Positions 44,530-58,168 of a DNA stretch of 64,000 nt are shown here, piece by piece (the first letter of the stretch is position 1; the number at the start of each line of letters is the position of its first letter). A model generated the notes under the pieces. It had not been told where the DNA came from. It saw only the letters and a program-made list of their open reading frames with translations, and searched no databases. Position numbers and translations under genes: made by a program. This DNA comes from Octopus vulgaris (lineage: Eukaryota): the NCBI GenBank assembly GCA_951406725.2, contig OX597821.1, positions 13,764,001 through 13,828,000 on the forward strand, written 5' to 3'.

Positions 44530-44772
44530 AAAACACACATAAATATAATTAGATAGATATGTACGTAACGTACACCATATATAAACGTGCAAACATAAAT
44601 TAGCATTACAAATACGTACACACACACACATACCTTCACATACATATATATACTTACATATCTGTATGCATACGTATAAGTATATGTAACGTGTGTGCAT
44701 ACGTATTCATATATATATATATATATATACATATATAAATGCATATCCATATGTATAAACGCATATATAGTG

Positions 44773-44848
<76 letters not shown>

Positions 44849-44901
44849 ATATATGCATACATACATACATGTACATACTTACATCTACATGTATATATAC
44901 A

Positions 44902-44943
<42 letters not shown>

Positions 44944-45013
44944 TGTATATTATTGTATGACTGAGCGCCCTCGCGTCGTTTCGTTTCTTTTCTTTTCTCC
45001 AAGTAAGTTTATA

Positions 45014-45068
<55 letters not shown>

Positions 45069-45256
45069 ACATATATAGTGTATATATATATATATACGTG
45101 GGTAATGTAAGGGGCGTTTGCGCATCAAAAAGCAAATGCACTGAGACGGAAGATGAAAGAACAAGATATGCTCTAGTAAACAACACTTGTGCACTCCTTG
45201 CCATCTGCAGAATGAAAGGGAGATTGGGGTGAATGTGCGGTAGGTGGCGGGCAGAC

Positions 45257-45317
<61 letters not shown>

Positions 45318-45883
45318 AGTTTTATAATTAAGAAGCAACTCCATCATCATCATCGTCGTCGTCGTCGTCGTCGTCGTCATAATCTCAAGTATCGCCAGCG
45401 TTATTGTTATTCGTATTGTTTATGGTGTTTAAGAAAAGACACTACGGAGGGATCTTGTCCGCAACGAAATATATAGGGTGGAGACAAAGTCAAAACATAA
45501 GAAGGATAAAGAGGAAACATTTTGAAACTCCATGGAAGAAAGATCACAAGACGGTGATGACAGAATTAGTTGTATCTACTGATAGGATGTACAGGAACTC
45601 ACACACCATACGCGCAAATATTTAAATATGGGCCTTTATGTTAGTATGTGCATGAATAGTGAGTGTTGTTAGTGTATGCATTTATTGACACATACACGCG
45701 CGCACGCACACAGACGCACTCACATACATACAAATATACATATATATATATATTTGGTTTGGTAATGCAAACAGAAAAGATAGAATTTAGAAATATACTG
45801 AGTGCACTCGAGGATGTCCTAGCGTCGAAACGTCCATAATGTAGACTAATATATACATGCTATACATACAAACCTTCACGTAT

Positions 45884-45926
<43 letters not shown>

Positions 45927-46052
45927 CAAATTTTCGTGTTTGTTAGTGTGTGTGCCAGTCTGTATGCGTGTGTACATGCATATAAATATGTATATGTTTA
46001 TATAATATAGACACGCTCACACGTGATGTGTGCATGTATATGTGTATGTATG

Positions 46053-46095
<43 letters not shown>

Positions 46096-46469
46096 ATATG
46101 TGTGTATGTGTGTGTTTATATATATTTATATATAGTAGTATCTGCTGATAGACTCATACCCACCAAACGTATATATGTGTGTGTGTGTGTGTGTGTGTGC
46201 GTGTGTGTGTGTGTGTATGTATGTATGTATACACATAGAGAGAGAGGAAGAGAGAGCGAGAGAACGATGCGTGTAGAAGGGTAAAAGAGTAAAATATTTA
46301 CGCAGATGTGTAAGGATCAAAAGTATATGTTCATATACTGAGATTATACAATTCACATGTATATCTATCTATCTATCTATCTATCTATCTACCTATCTAT
46401 CTATCTACCTATCTACATATATTTTACATATACCTACATACATATATGTATATAAAATATATATAAATA

Positions 46470-46513
<44 letters not shown>

Positions 46514-46519
<6 letters not shown>

Positions 46520-46709
46520 TATATAGAAGGAGTTTCTACAGGACTAGTACTGTTTCATTCAAGAGAAATCTTCAGGAAGCTCCTGAAGATTTCTCTTGAA
46601 TGAAACAGTACTAGTCCTGTAGAAGCTCCTTCTATATAATAAATTAATTTTACTCTGCTATGTATTGAGTACCTTACTTACTGTGGTTAACCCCGAATCA
46701 ACCCGGGAC

Positions 46710-46712
<3 letters not shown>
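46514..46712. mobile_element. Fold-back element (64-bp arms) with back-to-back hammerheads, flanked by (TA)n
   Basis: Arms 46514-46577 and 46581-46644. The + strand (46579-46626) reads GCTC-CTGAAGA-TTTC(tctt)GAAT-GAA-ACAG(tactagtc)CTGT-A-GAAGC. Confidence 0.8.
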
Positions 46713-46740
<28 letters not shown>

Positions 46741-47977
46741 CATATGTGCCTGTATGTATATATGTACATATGCATGTATGTGTACAGTATATTTTTGCGA
46801 ACATGTATGGATGTTTATGCGTACATATGTATGCGATTTTATATATTATCACGCCAAAAGACACAAGCAAACATACAGAAGTGTATGATACTAATAATAT
46901 TCAAACATACGAACATGCATACAAATATGCATGTATCCGTAATACGTACGTCTATACGTTATATATATATATATTCAGGCATGTAATCTCTCCCTCGCTC
47001 TCTCTTTCTCTCACCGTCTCTCTCATACACTCATACGCACACACAAGTATGCACGCGCGCACGCACATTAAAGAGAGTTCCTCAAAAGATGTAAAATACG
47101 ATTAGTGTTGTTGTTACGGTGGTAATTGTTGTGTAGGGGTCGCTGTTGTCGATCGTTATAAAATCTGTGACGATGGTGCCGGTGGTGGTGGTGGTGGTGG
47201 TGGTGGTGGTGGTGACAGTGAAGCTGATGCTGGTGGTATGCAAAGAGAAAAGGGGGAAAAAAAGGGGTCAAACATATATATATAAAAAATAGTTATATAG
47301 AGAAGAAAGGGATTAGTAAGAATGAAGTAGGTCACGTAGCAGGGAGTCGGAGCAGGGGGTTCTAATACTGTGTGTGTGTGTGTGTGTGATCAAAGAGGGA
47401 AGAAGGTGGGACGGCGTGAGGTAGGGGTTGGCAGCTATATTGGAAAAATAAAAACAAGGCCTTAAGCATTGTTGAGGGAAAAATATTGAAAGATGACTGT
47501 GATTGAAAGTGGGTTGCGGTGGGAGGAGGTAACTCAATGAGGATGGTTTACACTGATGGTAATGATTGGTGGGGGCGGAGGTGGCCGCTGTGGTGGTGGT
47601 GGTGGTGGTCGTCGTCGTCATCGTGACCGCTGTGTTGGCAGCGGTGGTGGTGATGGTGACGGTGACGGTGACGCGGAAGCTGTGATTTTGCGGAGGAATG
47701 TTGTTGGTGGTTGTGGTGGTGGTGGTGGTGGTGGTGGTGGTGGTGGTGGTGGGATCAGTGTTGGTAGCGATGGTCATTGCGATTTTGGTAGGAACAGTAA
47801 TGGTGGTAGTGGTGTTGGTAATGGTGATGGTGATCACGGTAGTTGTTGTCGCGGTGGTGGTGGTGTTGGTGGTGGTGGTAAGTCTATGATGGTAATGGCA
47901 GTATTTCTGTTGTAGTGGTAAATTGAAAGTGATAGTAGAAGCTTATTGGTTTCTGAAGCAGCAGCAGCAGCAGTAGC

Positions 47978-48060
<83 letters not shown>

Positions 48061-48086
48061 AAGCAGTAGTAGTAGTAGTAGTTGTT

Positions 48087-48124
<38 letters not shown>

Positions 48125-49359
48125 GGTGGTGGTGGTAAAAATACTGATGATGGATTCGTGCTGATGTAGCATATCTGAATGATGATAATGATGACGATGA
48201 TGGAGACGACAACGATGATGATGATGATGATGACGATGATGATGACAGCGATGATGACGATGATGATGACAGCGATGACGATGATGGAGACGACAACGAT
48301 GATGATGATGATGATGACGATGATGATGACAGCGATGATGACGATGATGATGACAGCGATGACGATGATGGAGACGACAACGATGATGATGATGATGATG
48401 ACAGCGATGACGACGATCACCCACCCCCATAGCCACCACCACGATGACGACGATAGCAGCGGGGGCGGCGGCGGCGGCGGCGGTACTGGTGATTGTGGTG
48501 GCTGTTATGACAGCGATGCCATGTCCAACTATGAAATGAGAAACGAGGGACTTTTGATAGCAAACAGTCTTTGGAAGAAGTAATTGCCAAATAGATATTG
48601 GTAGCACTGGTTAATAAATGGTAATCCTTGTGTGGATGTTGTTATTAATGATGGTGTAGTAACTATTGTTGTTGTTGTTGTTGTTGCTTAACACGAGATC
48701 AATCGAGGTCAAGCAAATCTATGATTACTGCACTTCCAACAATGACAATTCTCGTCATCCATTGTTTTTGGGGGTTTTTTTCATCCTTATTTAAGACGAT
48801 AAACTTTGGATTTGTGGGAGATTGGCTGCTATTTCCATTCTTGGCTGGTCCATCGACCATCAACGAGAGACAACCTCGTAGAAACATTATTTTCTTGATC
48901 GTTATTCGCTGGTTAGTAATCGGGTGAGGAGGAGGAGGAGGAGGAGATGGTGGAGGTGGTGGCGGCGGTGGTGGTGGTGGTGGTGGTGGTGGTGGTGGTG
49001 GTGGTGGTGGTGGTGGTGGTCGTCGTCGTCGTGGTTGTTGCGGAGGCGATGACAAGTCCTGGCTTTCCTAGATTAGAGTTCGTGCTTTGAGGATTATAGA
49101 TCATGTTGCCGATGTGGAAGAGATGTTCGTAGCAGCGTGGTGGAGACGGTGGGTAGAGATAAAGTATGGAATGAGTTATTAAAGGATTTTGAAACACACG
49201 TACGCACACATATATGTTCGACTAAAGGCGGTGCTCCAGCATGGCCACAGTCAAATAACTGAAACAAGTAAAAGAATTTATACACATATTTGGCAAGTGT
49301 CTTCTACAATAGCTTCTGGGCCGATCAAAGCCTTGTGAGTGGACTTGGTCAACGGAAGC

Positions 49360-49401
<42 letters not shown>

Positions 49402-49869
49402 TACATACATTCGCCATGATAGATCGCTAGCCACTAAACATTCTTTATTTTCTCTCCTTGTTTCTTTCTGTGTTCCTTTCGCTGGAAGAGCGTAGGCTCG
49501 AAACGTTAAAGACTTTTTCACTTCCCGAGCGTTATACTAATACATCTGTTTGTTGTCTACACCACCTGTCTTCGTCTTTTGATTTTTTTTTGTGAATTCT
49601 CCCTATATATATATATAAATGATTGCAGCGTGGAAGGTGTTTATAAGCCATTTTAAGAAACACACAAAACCACTTTTAAATTTAATTTGTCAAAATATTT
49701 TCGTCGCTTTGAGACCGCGACATGTTCATTGACAAAATTCTGTGCTATATCTCAAAACTATATATAATTGGATAGCTAGATAGATTGGTAGATATAATAA
49801 CAGATATATGCATATGTGTGTGTTTGTGTGTGTATAAAAGAAATGCGCGTGAGTGAAAATGAACTAGTG

Positions 49870-49904
<35 letters not shown>

Positions 49905-50005
49905 TGTTGTTGTTGTTTAATCACATGTCAACGTTGATGCTTCAGAGACCTATGATCAAAAGTACTCCAGTACCTCTTTTAGTGTAGGACTACATTATTC
50001 AATAT

Positions 50006-50304
50006 GGAGTCGCAATGACCCAGTGGTTAGGGCAGCGAACTCGCGGTCGAAAGATTACGGTTTCGATTCCCAGACCGAGCGTGGCAGGGAGTTGTGGTGA
50101 CCCTTGCTGTACTCTTTCACCACAACTTTCCCTCACCTTGTTTCTGTTTTACCTGTATTTCAAAGGACAAGCCTTGTCACACTCTGTGTCACGCTGAATC
50201 TCCCTGAGAACTACGTTAAAGGTACACGTGTCTGTGGAGTGCTCAGCCACTTGCACGTTAATTTCACGAGCAGGCTGTTCCGTTGATCGGATCAACTGGA
50301 ACCC
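50006..50304 (+). mobile_element. SINE family A (internally deleted)
   Basis: Homologous to 1896-2277. Confidence 0.8.
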
Positions 50305-50575
50305 ATGTAGTCTTTCCTATGACTTTAGTGAGCTCTGATGGTAGCGGTGGAGGACTGATTTGGCTACAGTTTCTAGCGAGTCGAGTACTCCGCTAGCATG
50401 CTTGTTGTTAGCTGTGTTGTTGATGGCAGCAGAGCTGTTGGTGGTGGGTGTTGTGGTGATGTTGTAGAGGTGGTAGTGGCGATTCTGTGGTCGCTGATGA
50501 TGATGATGGTAGTGGAGACCACGTGGTCGTAGTGCCCTAAGTAGTATGCTGTTGTTGTTACTAATGAGGACTTCG

Positions 50576-50626
<51 letters not shown>

Positions 50627-50895
50627 ACAGCAGCAGCAGCAGGAGTAGTAGTAGTTGTGGTGGTGGTGGTGGTGGTGGTGGCGGCGGCGGCGGCTGTAGT
50701 CGTGTAAGAGATATGGGGGTGAGTAATGGAGCTTAATGAGGGATTTTTTTAGGGGTGGGGTATATATTCTTTTTTTTCTTGTCATTTTTCTACCAATTTA
50801 AGAGAAAGAGATAATGTGAAGTTTTCTCGCGAGAGAAAATGGCGAAAGAAGGAAAGGCGAAAAGAACAAAATAAGTGTATGAGAGCGAGAAAGAC

Positions 50896-50938
<43 letters not shown>

Positions 50939-51702
50939 TGATGAACTGAAAAAATGCGAGGTTTGCTTAATTCGATCTGGCTTGTTCGATACTGTTTGAA
51001 ATCAATTGGCAACCAGTTTTCTAATGAATTAATTCGATTCTCTCGAGAGACTTTAGAAATATGATGAAGAATTTTGCGAACTACAGGTCAAAATAGGTTC
51101 ATTATACGTTCGTTACACTATGCACATCAATATATAAGATAGAGACAAGTTCTGAGATCCACATTTATAGTACAATTATATATAGTTTGAAACAAAGAGA
51201 AAACAGCAGAGGCCAGCGGTTATATATTACTATAGTACTTAACAATCAAAATACACAACTCACACACGTAAAATTATATATATAAAAACATAACTCATTT
51301 TATGTGTGTATATTTGTATATGTGTCTGTGTCAGAAAGTATGCATACGTAAGCATATATAGTTGTACACACACATATGCACATGCATTTTGGATTTCATA
51401 TATATATATATATATGTGTGTGCGTGTATATGGATAGATGTACGTATATATGTACTTATGTATGTATTTGCTTATTTAAAAAAAGCAAATATATATATAT
51501 GTATATATGTATATGCATAATATGTATACGCTTACATACTTTGGAATTCTTCCATATAAGCATTACATGCTCATCCAGAGCGTGTATATACATGATGTAT
51601 AAAAACAAGCATTCTTCATTCAACGCAAGATTTGCCCTCAAGTTAAATTTGAAAACATGTTAATTTAAATCAAATCAGTTTTGGTCTACATATGTATATA
51701 TT

Positions 51703-51749
<47 letters not shown>

Positions 51750-52040
51750 GTACCGAATTTGATTTGATTTGAATTAACGTTTTTTGAGGGTTTTTTTCTT
51801 TTTTTTTTTTTTTCGAATTTAGCTTGAGGACTCATCTTGTATTGAATGGGGACACACGAATTCCAAAATGGGAACCAATATAAATTCCTCCATGCTCATA
51901 CGCGCACGTGTGTGTATGTGTATGTGTGTATGTGTGTGTGTGGCGCGCGTACGTGCGCGTGTTCCTGCACGAAGAAGCACACAAGCGCAGTCATACATGA
52001 ACGTCACGCGCACACACATAGGCGGTTAGTACATGAGAAT

Positions 52041-52110
<70 letters not shown>

Positions 52111-52433
52111 ACGACTATCAGTCGCGAAGTGACTAAGACTGCCTTAATGAATCAGGTGTCAGAGGTACACACAAAAACTACAACTATGCCGCTACATACC
52201 ACATATGTACAATAGGCGAGAGAGAGAGAGAGCGTTGATGAGGGAGAAAGAGAGGTGTGGGAGAGAGAGAAAGAGATGTTAGTCATATAGTCTTATGTTT
52301 CAATCCCATTCACTTCTGGGAGAGATACGAGGTCTTTGATGTAGTTTTACTGTGAATGGCGTCCGCAGCTGGAAGTGATCGCAGTACTACACTTTCAAAA
52401 AGAAAGTTACTAAACTGGATATATTACTAACTG

Positions 52434-52491
<58 letters not shown>

Positions 52492-52681
52492 GTGTATATA
52501 TATATCAGGTGTTCTTTCTGATGTGAATTTGCTACCCAGGTATCGGTTATCTTTTGAATTATCCTTAATAAGATAATTCATTCAATTACTCAATATATAT
52601 ATATATATATATTATAACATACGTGTGTGTGTGTGCGTGTGTAGTATTTATGACTTAAATATTTAAGACAAATACACACAC

Positions 52682-52731
<50 letters not shown>

Positions 52732-53629
52732 GTATGTATCCTCCGACCGCGAGTCCGCTGCTCTAACTATTGAGCCAGCGCGTCTCCACTTGATGATGTT
52801 GTTGCTCCTGTATAACCTCAGATGGGCTCTGATTGTACAGACCTTACACGAAAGATATTCTGGCCGTGACTATCACTCCTTAGTTTGTATTTTAGTCTCT
52901 TAGTATGGCTCACACTTGTTTATCATGACTTACTGTTTATTGTAGTAAGACTCGTCTCATTACTTATCGATATGTTTCCATTAATTTCTTTGAGATTTTA
53001 GGGAGATTAGCTTCTATTTCTAGGAGATGAAGCGATCTCTTTTTAGCTTCCTATAATAATCAAACCCTGTTATTGGAATCACATACAAGTATACTGTGTG
53101 TTAGGTTGAGGTAAATATTAAGAGACTATATATATTGAAAAGCTTATTATAACATATTGTATGTAGACTATTAAACCGTTGTGCGCTGCTACTGCCGACA
53201 CTCGTGACATGGGTTTACCTGATCAGAGATATAGGGGTTCTGTTTCACTGAATGGGTTAAAGTTCAGTAAACCGACTAAGTGGTCCGGCATTATAGTGAA
53301 AGCTAAGAAGTAGCTGGTCCGCCATTGTTGTGGAAGCTGTCCTAACAATTTCACTGATTGGAAAGAAATTATGAAGAGTTAAAGAGAGAAGAAAAACAAA
53401 GTTAGTTATAAAAGGGCTCGTCATAATATAATAATAAAGTTTATCATAGCTGCTTCTCCACCACCATCATCTATCATCATCATCATTGGGAAATAAGACA
53501 AAACAAAATATAATAGTAATTGCAAATTAGGTCATGATATTATTTATAATAGCAGGAGATACCGGTTTTGAAATAGCAAGGAAACTGAATTAAACATAAA
53601 TAAGAAAAAATAAGGTATAGATATTATTG

Positions 53630-53711
<82 letters not shown>

Positions 53712-53717
<6 letters not shown>

Positions 53718-54089
53718 TATCTGAGAGAATGGAGTTGAACGACTAGTTAACAAATATCCTTTATTCTCGACATATGTTTCGAAGGCTGCATATTCCTAAT
53801 TCCGAAGGAATAAGGAGTACATTATGCAGATTTCTCTTCAGGAAAATCAAGGAAACTTATGTCGACATCAAAATGCACAAATGATTTTCCTGAAGAGAAA
53901 TCTGCATAATGTACTCCTTATTCCTTCGGAATTAGGAATATGTAGCCTTCGAAACATATGTCGAGAATAAAGGATATTTGTCAACTAGTCATTCAACTCC
54001 ATTCTCTCACATACTTATAATTTTAAAATAAACATACAAATTTCCGCACGAAGACACGTAGTCTATGCCCTAGCGACGTAGCTTCAACC
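53712..54089. mobile_element. Fold-back element (138-bp arms) with two divergent hammerheads
   Basis: Arms 53712-53849 and 53882-54019 with a 32-nt spacer. (TA)n lies on the left. Confidence 0.85.
53884..53968 (+). ncRNA. Type-I hammerhead ribozyme motif with long stem II
   Basis: ATTTTC-CTGAAGA-GAA…TTC-GAAAC-ATAT-GTC-GAGAAT. Canonical core, G10.1-C11.1 pair, ACATATGT palindrome and GUC triplet. Mirror copy on - at 53763-53847. Confidence 0.8.
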
Positions 54090-54173
54090 GTGTTCTTTCT
54101 GATGTGAATTTGCTACCCAGGTATCGGTTATCTTTTGAATTATCCTTAATAAGATAATTCATTCAATAACTCA

Positions 54174-54213
<40 letters not shown>

Positions 54214-54428
54214 CATACGTGTGTGTGTGTGCGTGTGTAGTATTTATGACTTAAATATTTAAGACAAATACACACACGTATATTAGGTATATATTTATAT
54301 CTCTTATTATATCTAATATAAATAGGTAGGTAATATTATAATCTTAATAACAATAATAATAATAATAACAACAACAACGATTACGATGTTAGCAATTATT
54401 ATTATTATCATCATCATCATCATCATCA

Positions 54429-54483
<55 letters not shown>

Positions 54484-54903
54484 CGTAAATCTAATAAATA
54501 GATTTAGTAAGATATAGTATTCAGTTATTTACACTCTGATCCTTTGGTTAACCAAAAGCGCATCAGATTCATTTGTATATTTTAATCTTTAGAAAATAAA
54601 TTCTGTATTTAAAAAGATTATTCATTTTTCTTGAATAATCCGATTTGGAAATATCTATAGAAGTAAATATGATAAGAATACGTTTGGTAAATCTGTATAT
54701 GGTTCCGAAAATAAACCAAACACAATCCACCATAAGGTTAACTATAGTATGAGCGAAAATACCTGTCGTTCAGAGAAGAGATTGGTAAAGGGAAAGAGTA
54801 GAAAAAAAATACTGTTATAGCTATTTTTGTTGTATTAGCTATATAGAAATACATGTGCGTGGGTGCCCGCGCGCAGAAATATATACTTACACACATATAT
54901 ATA

Positions 54904-55301
54904 GGCACAGGAGTGGCTGTGTGGTAAGTAGCTTGCTAACCAACCACATGGTTCCGGGTTCAGTCCCACTGCGTAGCACCTTGGGCAAGTGTCTTCTACT
55001 ATAGCCTCGGGCCGCCCAAAACCTTGTGAGTGGATTTGGTAGACGGAAACTGAAAGAAGCCCGTCGTATATATGTATATATATATATATGCTTGTGTGTG
55101 TTTGTGTGTGTCCCCCTAGCATTGCTTGACAACCGATGCTGGTGTGTTTACGTCTCCGTCACTTAGCGGTTCGGCAAAAGAGACTGATAGAATAAGTACT
55201 GGGCTTACAAAGAATAAGTCCCGGGGTCGATTTGCTCGACTAAAGGCGGTGCTCCAGCATGGTCGCAGTCAAATGACTGAAACAAGTAAAAGAGTAAAGA
55301 G
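54904..55301 (+). mobile_element. SINE family B
   Basis: Near-identical to 40669-41075. Confidence 0.85.
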
Positions 55302-55656
55302 TATATATACGTATATGCATGTGTGTGTATGTATAGAAATTTGTGGCTTGCTTTCTAATCAAATGGTTCTGGGATTAGTCCCACTGCGTTGCATCTCGGG
55401 CAAGTAGTGTCTTCTACTATATAGACTTGGCCCGACCAAAGCCTCGTGAATGGATTTGGTAGACGGAAACTGAAACGAAACCTGTCGTATGTGTGTGTGT
55501 ATCGACAGAATAAGTACCAAGCCTTAAAATTATAAGTACTTGAGTCGATTCAAATAACTAAAAACTCCTCAAGGCTGTACCCTAGCATGGCTGCAGTCCA
55601 ATAACTGAAACAAGCAAAAGATACAAGATGCATATACATGAATATGTATGTATATA

Positions 55657-55716
<60 letters not shown>

Positions 55717-55717
<1 letters not shown>

Positions 55718-55954
55718 TTTATTTAAAGCAGCAGATAATTCAACAAAACCTGTTACTCTGAGTTTCCCGTTGCCGTTCATCGGACAGTTTTTGCTTGAAT
55801 CATTCTAGCAAAAACTGTCCGATGAACGGCAACGGGAAACTCAGAGTAACAGATTTTGTTGAATTTTCTGCTGCTTTAAATAAAGCATATTACTCTACCA
55901 CTGGTATTTGAGTACTCTTTTTTCCACCTTGTTTCACATTTATGTGTTTACTCC

Positions 55955-55956
<2 letters not shown>
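55717..55956. mobile_element. Fold-back element (84-bp arms) with two divergent hammerheads, flanked by (TA)n
   Basis: Arms 55717-55800 and 55802-55885. The + strand (55815-55852) reads CTGT-CCGATGA-A-CG(gcaa)CG-G-GAA-ACTC(a)GAGT-A-ACAG. Mirror copy at 55750-55787. Confidence 0.82.
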
Positions 55957-55993
<37 letters not shown>

Positions 55994-56872
55994 TGTAAAG
56001 ATACATAGGTCACCCAAGGAGCGGGAGCTTCGTGCATAGCACTTGCCAAACTGAAATATATTTCGTAATCTTATGTATCCGACACCTAGATGCATGAATA
56101 TGCGCATATATAGAACAGTATACACACGCGCGCGCACAAATATTTATGTATGTATGTGAGTGGGCGCGCGTATGCAGATAAGACGAAACAGCCAGTAACA
56201 CAGAGTGGCCAGTGGTATAGGTTTGGTGAACGAAGACGAATAAAGTTCAATTAGATAACATAAAAAGAAAATAGACCAAATGTTTCGTGACAATTTCTAC
56301 ACCATCTCCAAATGAATTGGCGAGAAAGTTCCAAGAATGAAGAATTTCACCAAAACTGATAAGATTCCAAGATAAGACTGTGGATGTGTGTTTCTGCCTC
56401 ACTGTGCCTCATCAGCACAGCGATTTCCTACATTATCTTCAGCGGAAAAGATACAAAAACATAGGCTCAAAAAAATGTAAAGCACATATATGGCCGATGT
56501 AATTTATGCAAATGAACCGAAAAATGATCTGAGAAAAACGACTAGTGGCAATCACTAATTAGGACTCACGAGATAAATTGTTGGTTTAGTGACATTATGA
56601 ATACTCTTATGCACACCCACATATTCATACACAAAGATGCGTAGGCATGTATATACATACATAAAATATATATGTACACACACATTGTCCTAATCAGGAC
56701 TACCACTTTACGTTGGAAAATAGATTTTACTCTGCCGTACTGTTACTACTTTGCTTCTCGCTCAGAGATTTAAAACTAATCGTTTTCCTCTTTACGAGAT
56801 CAGTGACTGTGCGTTACTTTAAAAGTATATACCTCTAGCAAGGCCTAGTGCTGCCATCGTTAGCCAACGGTT

Positions 56873-56920
56873 ACCTTGTGCCGATGAAGGGAAATAACCC
56901 GGAAATCATGGTCTGCAGGT
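56873..56920 (+). ncRNA. Hammerhead-like motif between 108-nt direct repeats
   Basis: accttgtg-CCGATGA-A-GGG(aaataa)CCC-G-GAAAT-CATG-GTC-tgcaggt. Direct repeats at 56687-56794 and 57038-57145. Confidence 0.6.
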
Positions 56921-57140
56921 ACTGTTTAAGGCTGAGCGGAGACATTAGGTCCCTTGCTTGATGTATAAGGATGCAGTCGTACATCGGTAGCCAGCTAGAA
57001 AAGATGTTTTCCTGGGATTAAAAAAGGGAGTAATGTCGTCCTAATCATAACTGCCACTTTACGTTGGCAAATAGATGTTACTCTGTAGTACTATTTACTA
57101 CTTATTTCTTGCTCAAAAAATTAAAGCTAATTGTTTTCCT

Positions 57141-57182
<42 letters not shown>

Positions 57183-57374
57183 AAAAATTGTGAAGCATGA
57201 CTGTCACCACTACTACATGAACCTGAAGATTGCAGAATTTAATGCATGAAAGTACTAGTTCAATCAGAATGAACATTTAACATTCTATTATTTTATTTTA
57301 TTTTATTATATTATATTATCTTATATCATTATAAGATTGTAAATAAAACGTGAAAATCAGACAAGGTTGGAATT

Positions 57375-57459
<85 letters not shown>

Positions 57460-57771
57460 TACATACATTCATGGAGTGTTAGAATAGATTGATAGATTAA
57501 CAGATAAGCGAGAAAATTTCTACTTTTCTGCCCTTTTACTTATTCAAATATGTTGCTTTCAGCTATCATTTTACCCAAGTTATTTTATATATATATGCAA
57601 ATTCATTCCAGCCACATCGATTGAATTATCATAATTTATTGAACTTTAACGATGTGTTAATAACTGAGCCCTTTAATAACAAGCATGATTTATAGCATTT
57701 ATACATCGTATACATGAAAATAAATATGCTTTATGATACTTATACATTAATTTTATACATAGAGATATATA

Positions 57772-58168
57772 TCTTTATATATAAAAGTAAGGTTGTGTGT
57801 CTGTCTCCTACGATTTAGATTCCTATCTACTCCCACATTTTGCGGTGCAGTTTAATCCAAACCGGGTATCTTATAGTCGTGATTTATATCGAGCCCTTCT
57901 GGGTATTAGCGCGCGTCTACGATGAGTCTACGATTAAAAAAAATTTACCATCATTTTTTTCTATTTTAATGCATTTTTTTCGCTATTATATAAGGGAAGT
58001 AACTCTCTAAAAATGTCTACGATGAGTCAACGATTTAAAGAAAAATTTACCATCATTTTTTTCCCCATTTTTAATGCATTTTTTGCTATTTTTTAGCTAT
58101 AACTCTCTAAAAATGCTTATATAGTTATTTCCCTTACAAACCCGAGCAACGCCGGGCGATTCTGCTAG
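57772..58168 (+). mobile_element. Non-autonomous Helitron
   Basis: A|TC 5' end, subterminal hairpin CCCG-agcaacgc-CGGG, CTAG|T 3' end. Contains an internal ~100-nt tandem duplication. Confidence 0.85.

Noticed and set aside
45802-45836. Hammerhead-like …GATG(tcctag)CGTC-GAAACGTC
   Set aside because: No CUGANGA-compatible core at the right position, so it is too degenerate to call. The same applies to remnants near 12375-12410, 20270-20315 and 37158-37210.
51655-51780. Imperfect ~30-bp inverted repeat around (TG)n
   Set aside because: Short, AT-rich and without a ribozyme motif or TSD, so it cannot be distinguished from background.
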